This document shows positions 53,986-64,000 of a stretch of DNA of 64,000 nucleotides, piece by piece (positions within the stretch are counted from its first letter, which is position 1; every line of letters begins with the position of its first letter). Under the pieces are notes generated by a model. The model saw only the letters and a list, made by a program, of their open reading frames with translations, was not told the DNA's origin and did no database searches. The position numbers and the translations under genes were made by a program. Source of the DNA: Candidatus Beckwithbacteria bacterium GW2011_GWC1_49_16 (GTDB lineage Bacteria; Patescibacteriota; Microgenomatia; UBA1400; CG1-02-47-37); assembly GCA_001029675.1 (NCBI GenBank), contig CP011210.1:64193-128192 (forward strand), written 5' to 3'.

Positions 53986-54010
53986 AGTGTTACTTTATAC
54001 TTTATGGTAT

Positions 54011-54988
54011 ATGCGGAATTGGTTGGCGATTTTGGCGAAAAAGAAAGAGAGGCTGGATCGCATGAGGTCCTTGCCCCAAGCCCAGGAAAAAAACCTGGCT
54101 GATTGGTTGCGGGTGGAGCTGACTTATACTTCTAACGCGATTGAAGGCAACACTTTATCCAGGCAGGAAACGGCACTGGTGGTGGAAAAAGGCTTGACGG
54201 TTGAGGGTAAAACCTTGAGAGAACATCAGGAAGCAATAAACCACGCCGCGGCTTGGGAGCTGACCAAAAATTTGGCAAGGGAGGGCAAGAAAATTACCAC
54301 TGGGGCGATTTTAGAGATTCACCGATTGATTTTGAATCAGCTTGATGAGCCAAGTGCCGGCAGGTTTCGCCGCGGCCCGGTGAGAATTGCCGGATCGAGA
54401 GTGGTTTTGCCTAATGCGGTCAAAGTACCGAAACTCACGGATAAACTGGTTAACTGGTTGACTACCACCAAAGACCAGCCGGTAAAAGTCGCCGCCGAGG
54501 CCCATTACCGTTTAGTGACTATTCATCCATTTGTGGACGGCAATGGCCGGACCGCCAGGCTAGTGATGAATCTGGTTTTGCTAAAAGCCGGCTATCCGGC
54601 GGCCATAATTAGAAAGGAAGAGCGGTTAAAGTACCTTAACTCCCTGGAAAAAGCCCAGCTGGGTGGAAGCGGTGATGATTATTACCAGTTGATTTACGCC
54701 GCGGTTAACCGGTCGCTTGATCTTTATCTTGAGGTGGCCGGGGCTAAAGCTAGAAAGACATCCACAAAGAAACAACGGTTAAAAATTGGCCAGCTAGCCA
54801 GTTCAAGCGGGGAAAGTATATCTACTATCAGATTTTGGACCAAAGCGGGTTTGTTGCCCGTGGCCGGTCGTACCCGGGGCGGCTATCAGCTTTATAGCCG
54901 GGATGCAATCAAGCGAATTAAACTGATCCGCAAACTACAGCAGGAAAAGCGCCTGACGATTAAAGAGATTAAGAAGGAAATTAGTTGA
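54011..54988 (+). CDS. Fic-domain protein with a C-terminal MerR-type HTH
   Basis: SNAIEGN inhibitory motif, HPFVDGNGRTAR catalytic motif, and KIGQLA......STIRFW...GLL....R..GGY.LY. Confidence 0.9.
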   Translation: MRNWLAILAKKKERLDRMRSLPQAQEKNLADWLRVELTYTSNAIEGNTLSRQETALVVEKGLTVEGKTLREHQEAINHAAAWELTKNLAREGKKITTGAILEIHRLILNQLDEPSAGRFRRGPVRIAGSRVVLPNAVKVPKLTDKLVNWLTTTKDQPVKVAAEAHYRLVTIHPFVDGNGRTARLVMNLVLLKAGYPAAIIRKEERLKYLNSLEKAQLGGSGDDYYQLIYAAVNRSLDLYLEVAGAKARKTSTKKQRLKIGQLASSSGESISTIRFWTKAGLLPVAGRTRGGYQLYSRDAIKRIKLIRKLQQEKRLTIKEIKKEIS

Positions 54989-55676
54989 TTGATCTGGCCG
55001 CCATTTCCTGATCGGGAGAGGTGCCGAGAAAATGAACTTGGCCGTTGACCACTTCGAGGGTTTCGATGCTGTAACTGGGCTGGCGGTCTTTGATGACCGA
55101 CTCGACTAAGCCGTTTAGTGCCGGGCCGTACTGGTCGACTAAGCTTTGAGGAATATTTAGGTTGGCGATTTTGGCGGCGGCAACGGCAATCTGGCTGGTG
55201 TTTTCAGTGATGCTACCTGAAACTTTGAGATAAACCGGCAAGTCGGTCGGGGGAATTTTGAACTTGGCCGCGCCCTCGGCGATAACCTCTTGGGAAACTC
55301 CCAGGGCGACCAAGTAGTTGACCGCGTCTTGGTAGTTGACAGTGGCCGAGCCTTCGACGCTACCGTCGGCGTTGACGCGAATTTGAACGTTTTTAAAAGG
55401 GAAGTAGGGGAAGTCTTTTTGGCGGTTGTCTGCCAGGGCGGTTAGCTCTTGGCTGGAGAAAGTTTGGTCGACCGGATGAGAGTCGGAGACAAGCAAAACT
55501 TTGTCGGCGCCAGCGTCGGCGGGCAGAGGGGCGTAAGTGACGGCCAGTTTTTCTTTGGCCGAGGCAAGGTCTTGTTGGCCGTAAGTGACTCCCAGGGCTT
55601 TGGGTTTTAGAAGATAAAAGCCGGCGGCGGCGAGTAAGAGGACGAGGAAAACGAGGATAAATAGAAGCTTTTTCAT
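54981..55676 (-). CDS. Membrane-anchored or exported hypothetical protein
   Basis: N-terminal hydrophobic helix MKKLLFILVFLVLLLAAAGFY. Confidence 0.7.
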   Translation of the reverse strand: MKKLLFILVFLVLLLAAAGFYLLKPKALGVTYGQQDLASAKEKLAVTYAPLPADAGADKVLLVSDSHPVDQTFSSQELTALADNRQKDFPYFPFKNVQIRVNADGSVEGSATVNYQDAVNYLVALGVSQEVIAEGAAKFKIPPTDLPVYLKVSGSITENTSQIAVAAAKIANLNIPQSLVDQYGPALNGLVESVIKDRQPSYSIETLEVVNGQVHFLGTSPDQEMAARSIN

Positions 55677-55730
55677 TTGAGGCTAATTATAGCAAGTTTT
55701 ATGAGCAGAAACTGGTATAAAATAAGGGAG

Positions 55731-56285
55731 ATGAATGTTTTTATCTTCCACGGCACCGGCGCCAGCCCGGAAAGTAATTGGTTTCCTTGGTTGAAAAAGG
55801 AGCTAGAGAGTAATGGAGTTGATGTGTTGGTACCCAAATTTCCGACGCCTAAAGGGCAAAGTTTAGACAAGTGGTTGAGGGTCTTTGAGCCTTTTGAGAA
55901 AAAAGTTACCGCTGAGTCGATTTTTGTCGGCCATTCGATGGGGCCGGCGTTTATTTGGAGGCTTTTGGAAAAAGGTGTTGGCCCGATCAGGGCAGCCATT
56001 TTAGTCTCCCCGTTTGACGCCTTGTTAAATCTTCCTGATTTTGACCCGCAAGTCAAAAGTTTTGTCGATCACCCTTTTGATTGGGAAAAGATTAGGGTAA
56101 ACTGCCAGAACTTTGTGGTTTATGCCGGCGGCGACGATCCTTACATTCCCAGAGAGCAGCTTGAAAGAGTGGTTAAAAATCTAAAAGTTAAACTTAACTT
56201 TATTAAAGGCGGCAAACATTTAAACGCCGAGGCGGGATATTTAGAGTTTCCGCAAATACTTAAGGAAGTATGGCAGAATCGGTAA
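55731..56285 (+). CDS. Alpha/beta hydrolase, RBBP9/YdeN family
   Basis: IFHG....NWFPWL, VGHSMG, DDPY and GGKHLN. Confidence 0.9.
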   Translation: MNVFIFHGTGASPESNWFPWLKKELESNGVDVLVPKFPTPKGQSLDKWLRVFEPFEKKVTAESIFVGHSMGPAFIWRLLEKGVGPIRAAILVSPFDALLNLPDFDPQVKSFVDHPFDWEKIRVNCQNFVVYAGGDDPYIPREQLERVVKNLKVKLNFIKGGKHLNAEAGYLEFPQILKEVWQNR

Positions 56286-57202
56286 CTTTGACTCCGGAGC
56301 GGGCGGTATTAAGAGATAAAATGGCTGGTTGGTATGAAGAGACTAAAAGGTTGGTGTTTGGAGAACATACTTGTGAGCGAGGGTGGGGGGATTTTGACCC
56401 GAGCTTGACTGAAGGGTGTGGTCCGTATCACGCGGCATTTCCTTTGTTGGATTTATTTGGAGTGGTGTCTACCCCCCGAGCCCATGAAGAATTTTACAGA
56501 AACGCGGTTGATTCGGCAACCATGCGACTGGATCCGGAGACAAGAATTTTAGTTTCCGGTCTAGCCTCACCATCAATGGCGGATATAGTTTTGGAAGAGG
56601 CTAAGTTTATGAAACCTTTTCCAGGGTTAAAACATGAGCTTGAGGGCAGAATTGATGTTTTAGATGTCTGTGCCACCCCGCTCTTAACTTGCCAAAGAGT
56701 TTTTAAGCCGGAACAGTTGGCGGTGATGGCATTTATTCAAGACGATGCTCGCGAATATGCCAGCGGTGGGCCGTATGACTTGATTGTGACCGATGCCTTT
56801 TTAACCAGGTTTAACGATAAGGATAAAGCAGTGGTCTTGAAAAACTGGGTGAAAATGTTGGCCGATGACGGGGAGATAGCCACCACCTGGCGTATCGGGA
56901 GAAAAGATGACGAGCCAGATTATGGTGACGAAGAGGCCAGAAAAAGGTTTATTTACAATGTGACAAGGAGAATGGAAGAGTGGCACGTTTCGCTGGGAAC
57001 GTTTGCGGAAGTAAATACCACTTTAGATTTAGCTGAAAAATATGCCGCAAAAATGCATAGCTATTCAGGTCAGCCGGAAGAGGAGATTCAGGCTTTTATG
57101 GAAAAGTTTTTTGGCGATGTGAGAATCAGTCTGTCTCCGCCGGTTTACGATGTCACTACCAGGCTGTATGCTAGGATAATTGCTCGAAAACCGAAAAAGT
57201 AA
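56270..57202 (+). CDS. SAM-dependent methyltransferase-like protein
   Basis: ILVSGLAS, VLDVC.TPL, DAR and YDLIVTDAFLTRF...L..DG. Confidence 0.6.
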   Translation: MAESVTLTPERAVLRDKMAGWYEETKRLVFGEHTCERGWGDFDPSLTEGCGPYHAAFPLLDLFGVVSTPRAHEEFYRNAVDSATMRLDPETRILVSGLASPSMADIVLEEAKFMKPFPGLKHELEGRIDVLDVCATPLLTCQRVFKPEQLAVMAFIQDDAREYASGGPYDLIVTDAFLTRFNDKDKAVVLKNWVKMLADDGEIATTWRIGRKDDEPDYGDEEARKRFIYNVTRRMEEWHVSLGTFAEVNTTLDLAEKYAAKMHSYSGQPEEEIQAFMEKFFGDVRISLSPPVYDVTTRLYARIIARKPKK

Positions 57203-57203
57203 G

Positions 57204-58376
57204 ATGAAGTTTAATTTAGCCAAATTGGGAAAAAAGTTTTTGGGGGTGAAGTGGACAGCGGCGATAGCGGTGGCGGCTGCGGCGCTTATCTCATGGCAAG
57301 GTTGGCAGTTTGTCAGCTACAGCCGGCAGCTTTCGGCCAACTGGTTTTCGACCCTGGGGAGACTTGATAGTACACGAGGGGAGTTAGCCGAGCTTAAAAG
57401 CCAAGACCAGTATGTGGTCAACCAGGAACTTAAGGCGCAAATCGAGCAAACCGGCAAGGCTTTTGGCGGCATGGGGGATTTACTCGAGCTTAAAAGCGAC
57501 TACGAGCAGCAAAAGATTGAGTTGGGAGCCCTAAACGATAAGTTTGTGGAGATTTTCAGAAAACTTTCTGAACTAAAATACGACGAGGCAGGGAGTTTAG
57601 CCGCAGAGGTTAAGGGAGAGATGGAGAAAAAGCTAGCAGAAGCGGTAGCCGAAGTGAACATTAGTGTCGCGGCACCGGCGTCAAACGAACTGCCCGGCGG
57701 CGGCTACTCGCGCCAGGTGGTGACTACCGACCGGGGCCAGTTTACTGTGGCCATGGTAGTGGCCGAAGGAGCCCAGGTGGTGGTGGACACGGCCGCAGAC
57801 GACAACTGCGCCAATAACTGTCCCACTTTGCCTTTGGGTGAGTTTGTGGCCAGAAACGGCGGCTTTGCCGGCATCAACGGCGGCTACTTTTGCCCGGCAG
57901 ATTACGCCGGTTGCGCCGGTAAAGTTAACAGTTTTGACACCATGGTGATGCGGACGCGCGACAAAAAGGTATTTAACCGGGACAACAACGTTTACTCGAC
58001 CGTGCCGCTGGTAGCCATGAACGGTGCCAGCGTTAACTTTTACGGCCGGACTTTGGATTGGGGAGTGGGCAGCGGTACTGGCGCGGTGGCCAACTACCCG
58101 ATGCTAGTTTCCGGTGGGCAGGATGTGGTCAACGAGGGGGCACTCGATGCCAAAGCCGCCGCCCGGGGGCCAAGGGGTTTTATCGGAAACCGCGGCGGCA
58201 AAGTGATTATCGGCCACGTGTTGTCTGCCACCATCGGTGAGGCGGCGAAAACATTGGCGACTTTGGGGGTGGAAACGGCCCTAAACCTTGACGGCGGCGG
58301 TTCGGCGGCTTTATGGTCCGGCGGCTACAAAGTCGGCCCGGGGCGGAGTTTACCGGTGGCGATAGTGCTTAAATAG
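57204..58376 (+). CDS. Membrane-anchored phosphodiester glycosidase (NAGPA/DUF2233) family protein
   Basis: TM plus coiled coil; INGGYF, PR.FIG and ALNLDGGGS. Confidence 0.85.
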   Translation: MKFNLAKLGKKFLGVKWTAAIAVAAAALISWQGWQFVSYSRQLSANWFSTLGRLDSTRGELAELKSQDQYVVNQELKAQIEQTGKAFGGMGDLLELKSDYEQQKIELGALNDKFVEIFRKLSELKYDEAGSLAAEVKGEMEKKLAEAVAEVNISVAAPASNELPGGGYSRQVVTTDRGQFTVAMVVAEGAQVVVDTAADDNCANNCPTLPLGEFVARNGGFAGINGGYFCPADYAGCAGKVNSFDTMVMRTRDKKVFNRDNNVYSTVPLVAMNGASVNFYGRTLDWGVGSGTGAVANYPMLVSGGQDVVNEGALDAKAAARGPRGFIGNRGGKVIIGHVLSATIGEAAKTLATLGVETALNLDGGGSAALWSGGYKVGPGRSLPVAIVLK

Positions 58377-59142
58377 TTGTTGTTCGATTGCGGTTGAGGT
58401 TGAAAATCAGCGAGGCTCTGATCCGGCTATGTTTGGTTCTACCAGTTTCACACTCAAGCATAAGGTAGATGTGGGTAAGGTAGTTGCGTGCGGTAATAGG
58501 GGAAATATTTAGTTGTCGCCCGATTTCCTGGTTGCTCAAGCCTTGGCTAACTAACTTGAGAAGATTGATTTGATGCTGCGTGAGCCGACTGAGGTGAGGA
58601 ATTTTAGCGGTCTCTGGCATGGTCGACGCGGCCTGAGGAGTGATCAGGCCGGTTTCTAAGGCAACGGCGGCCAGTTGGACTCGGTTGACGGCCCCAAGTT
58701 TTTCCATAGCTGAGTTAAGCCAAGAGGCGACGGGGCTTTTTCCTCTTATAAGTGTGCGAGTTATTTCCTGGTAAGTTTTGTCTCTGATTGCCAGGATGGC
58801 AGTGGCATATTCTGTCGGGCTTAGACCATTGCCGTGGTTTTTAATGGTTTGCTCTAGCGGTTTCCGGGCGTTTGAGTCAGGGAGTAAGTGTTTGTACCAA
58901 GAAATAAAGTTTTTGTCGTCCACTTGACCGACAGTTGACATAAGTTCGGGCTTTAAGGTGTCTATAAGCGAAGTGGCTGGTTGGCCGCTGACTAAGGCAA
59001 GGAAGACGCTGGCGGTGTGGAAGTCAATAGAGTCCCAGCCGAAATGGCCTTTAATGGTTTCTTCTGGCCGCAGGGTTCCTTCCCGAACTCCGTTCAGGCT
59101 ATGGTGAAGAAAATAGCCTGGCTGACCTTCAATAAATCCCAT
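58369..59142 (-). CDS. Tandem LuxR-type HTH regulator without a receiver domain
   Basis: LSPTE...KLGAVNRVQLAAVALETGLI and LTQHQ..LL.LVSQGLSNQEIGRQLNISPITARNYL..IY. Confidence 0.75.
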   Translation of the reverse strand: MGFIEGQPGYFLHHSLNGVREGTLRPEETIKGHFGWDSIDFHTASVFLALVSGQPATSLIDTLKPELMSTVGQVDDKNFISWYKHLLPDSNARKPLEQTIKNHGNGLSPTEYATAILAIRDKTYQEITRTLIRGKSPVASWLNSAMEKLGAVNRVQLAAVALETGLITPQAASTMPETAKIPHLSRLTQHQINLLKLVSQGLSNQEIGRQLNISPITARNYLTHIYLMLECETGRTKHSRIRASLIFNLNRNRTTTI

Positions 59143-59199
59143 GTCTCGCGGGCAGTTTTAAGTATTATACCAATGATGTCAATGTGTTAAGATGGGCGC

Positions 59200-59724
59200 A
59201 TGAAAGTGGTTTTGTACATGGCTACTTCGGCTGACGGGCTGGTAGCGAAAAAAGACGGGGACTCAGATTGGGTTTCTGATGTTGACGCGGCAGTTTTTGA
59301 TAAAAAAATCAAGGAACTTGGTTGTATTGTGGTGGGGCGGACGACTTTTGATCAGTATTATGGTGATTTGTACCCGGTTGAGGGGGTAACTAACATTGTT
59401 TTGACGACAGACGACGCAAGGAAAAGCGAGAAGGAAAGTGTGGTTTTTGTGACTTCGGCTCGTGACGCTTTGGAGATAGCAAAGAAAAAAGGTCACCAGG
59501 AAATTTTACTGATTGGCGGGGGCACGGTGAATGGGATGTTTTTGAAAGAGGGATTGGTGGACGAGATGATTTTGAGTGTGCATCCTAAAGTTTTGGGCGA
59601 GGGGATCAGGTTGTTTGAAGGAGGAGAGGTGGATGTTGATTTGGAGCTTAAGAGTGTGAAGCAATTGGGTGAGGATTTGGTGCAGTTGAGATATAAAGTG
59701 AAAAAAGCGTCACGTTTAAGTTGA
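59200..59724 (+). CDS. Dihydrofolate reductase family protein (RibD C-terminal-like)
   Basis: MATSADG.VA, VGRTTF, IGGG and LVDE....HPKVLGEGIRLF. Confidence 0.88.
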   Translation: MKVVLYMATSADGLVAKKDGDSDWVSDVDAAVFDKKIKELGCIVVGRTTFDQYYGDLYPVEGVTNIVLTTDDARKSEKESVVFVTSARDALEIAKKKGHQEILLIGGGTVNGMFLKEGLVDEMILSVHPKVLGEGIRLFEGGEVDVDLELKSVKQLGEDLVQLRYKVKKASRLS

Positions 59725-59779
59725 CGATCGCTTACGTAAAAGTGACGGTAATGCTGGGGACGATTAGGGTTGTGGTATA

Positions 59780-60310
59780 GTGGGTAATATGCAGGCGGCG
59801 GATTTTAAGTTGCCGGGAGTGGACGGCAAAGAATATAGCCCGAGCGACTTTGAGGATAAAAAAGGGCTTTTAGTGGTGTTTTCCTGCAACCATTGCCCTT
59901 ACGCTCAAGCGGCCTGGCCGTTGTTAGTGGATTTACACAAAAAATTCGGCGGCCAGATCGGCTTTGTGGCCATAAACTCAAATGAGGACGTCGATCACCC
60001 GGATGACAGTTTTGCCAAGATGAAGGAAAAAGCGCCGGAGTGGGGGATAACTTTTGCCTACCTTCGTGACGAAAGCCAGGAGGCGGCTAGGGCCTACGAG
60101 GCGGTTTGTACCCCGGATCCGTTTCTGTTTAAAAACGAAGAGGGGATTTTCAAGCTTTATTACCGGGGCAGGATCAATGACAATTGGCAAAACCCGGACC
60201 AAGTAGAAGAAAAAAATTTGGAAGAGGCGATGACGGGGTTACTAGCAGGGGAGCCGGCGCCTGACAACCAGCCGGCGTCGATGGGCTGCTCGATTAAGTG
60301 GAGGCAGTAG
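59780..60310 (+). CDS. Thioredoxin-fold (AhpC/TSA-like) protein
   Basis: CNHCPY, YLRDESQ..A..Y.A.CTPD, YRGRIND and GCSIKW. Confidence 0.9.
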   Translation: MGNMQAADFKLPGVDGKEYSPSDFEDKKGLLVVFSCNHCPYAQAAWPLLVDLHKKFGGQIGFVAINSNEDVDHPDDSFAKMKEKAPEWGITFAYLRDESQEAARAYEAVCTPDPFLFKNEEGIFKLYYRGRINDNWQNPDQVEEKNLEEAMTGLLAGEPAPDNQPASMGCSIKWRQ

Positions 60311-60324
60311 GGTAAAATAGCTTA

Positions 60325-60897
60325 ATGATTTTGGCGGACGGAGATATCAAAAAGGCGCTTGCCTCCGGCAGAATTAAGATTACGCCGGCGCCGGATTTGA
60401 CCACCCAACTCGGGTCGTGTTCGATTGACTTGAGATTGGGGAATAAGTTTGCCGTTTTTAACCACTCGAAAAAAGCTTTTATTGATCCCAATGACCCAAA
60501 GATGGCCCGGGAACTGATGGAAGAGGTGGTGGTGAAAAAGGATGAACAGTTTATTTTGCAGCCGGGAGATTTTGTTTTGGCGACGACAGTAGAAAGCTTT
60601 AAGCTGCCGGACGATTTACTAGCCCGGCTTGAGGGGAGGTCGAGCCTGGGGAGGCTCGGAGTGGTGGTCCACTCGACCGCATCGGTGTTTGAGCCGGGGT
60701 GGGAAGGGGTGGTGGTGATGGAGCTGGGGAATTTGGGGAGGATGCCGGTGGCTTTGTACCCGGGCATGAGGGTGTGCGCTCTAACCTTTGAGCAGTTAAC
60801 CCATGAGGCCGAAGTGCCTTACTACAAGAAAAAAACCGCCAAGTACAGAAAACAGAAAACGCCCATGCCGAGCAAGATTGCGGAGGAGAAAGAGTAG
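60325..60897 (+). CDS. dcd: dCTP deaminase
   Basis: SIDLRLG, EGRSSLGRLG, PGWEG...ELGN and Y..Q. Confidence 0.93.
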   Translation: MILADGDIKKALASGRIKITPAPDLTTQLGSCSIDLRLGNKFAVFNHSKKAFIDPNDPKMARELMEEVVVKKDEQFILQPGDFVLATTVESFKLPDDLLARLEGRSSLGRLGVVVHSTASVFEPGWEGVVVMELGNLGRMPVALYPGMRVCALTFEQLTHEAEVPYYKKKTAKYRKQKTPMPSKIAEEKE

Positions 60898-60899
60898 CT

Positions 60900-61184
60900 A
60901 TGCCAGAACCAGAACCAGCGCCAAAACAGATCAATTATGAAGATCTGCATCAGTCTATCCAAGTGATAGTTAATTTTGGAGAAGAGTTTCGGGGAAAAAG
61001 TGATGTTCCAGAGTTTTTTAGTGGAAGCCAAGATTATATTCGAGAAGCAATAGGGCATTATGGTTGGCAATCTCCTGATGAGATGGTGGAAGCGGTGAAT
61101 AGTAAAATGAAAGAAATGAATGAGTCGCCGATAGAGCTTGATGATATTAAAGAATTTTTTCCGGAAGAGACAGATGGAGAGTAG
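60900..61184 (+). CDS. Small acidic hypothetical protein
   Basis: 94-aa ORF, lower GC, directly after dcd. Confidence 0.6.
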   Translation: MPEPEPAPKQINYEDLHQSIQVIVNFGEEFRGKSDVPEFFSGSQDYIREAIGHYGWQSPDEMVEAVNSKMKEMNESPIELDDIKEFFPEETDGE

Positions 61185-61228
61185 TTTTTCTTGCAGAGTA
61201 GGCGGGGTTGTTATATGATGGTCGGGTG

Positions 61229-63891
<2,663 letters not shown>

Positions 63892-63896
63892 GATTT

Positions 63897-64000
63897 ATGT
63901 CAAAAAGATTTTATAGAGCATTGGGTAAAAGTGAAACTTGGCCGGAGATAACCGGAGTCAACCCCTGCGGCATTACCTATGACGATGTGTTGTTGGTGCC
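63897..64000 (+). CDS. 5' end of an IMP dehydrogenase/GMP reductase family gene (partial)
   Basis: MSKRFY...GITYDDVLLV(P) matches the GuaB-type N-terminal motif; follows purB-purA. Confidence 0.7.
   Translation, partial: MSKRFYRALGKSETWPEITGVNPCGITYDDVLLV

Overview
Gene-dense bacterial chromosome segment using the standard genetic code. Gene content and style (DUF5667-type exported protein, RNHCP protein, stand-alone VirD4/HerA-like ATPase, tandem PBP1A genes, -10 boxes just upstream of start codons) suggest a Patescibacteria/CPR, Microgenomates-like genome; this is an inference. Housekeeping blocks: rpiB-gap-rpe-pfkB, two PBP1A genes, nrdR-nrdJ with tandem NrdR boxes, ftsH, a 5'-3' exonuclease, mutM-recF-thpR, aminotransferase-pckA-eno-apgM-nnrD, dcd and purB-purA-(guaB). 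The most interesting signals are missed by the ORF track. (1) A Trp module: a T-box-like leader with an ultrashort stem I, a UGG in its loop and no T-box antiterminator, placed before tRNA-Trp and trpS, then a Trp-rich leader-peptide attenuator coupled to the trpS stop that precedes trpB2. (2) A group I intron in an atypical, initiator-like tRNA(CAU). (3) Two free-standing HTH+LAGLIDADG-like genes, each directly upstream of a tRNA; one of these is the rare tRNA-Ile(UAU), which is followed by a tRNA 3'-half remnant. (4) A 1127-aa sigma70-like protein with winged helices and three internal repeats, flanked by a 44-bp direct repeat. (5) A cobalamin riboswitch in front of an orphan ORF within a B12-salvage neighbourhood. 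(6) REP-like palindromes and short tandem repeats inserted in-frame in conserved genes. All calls were made by eye; no searches were run.
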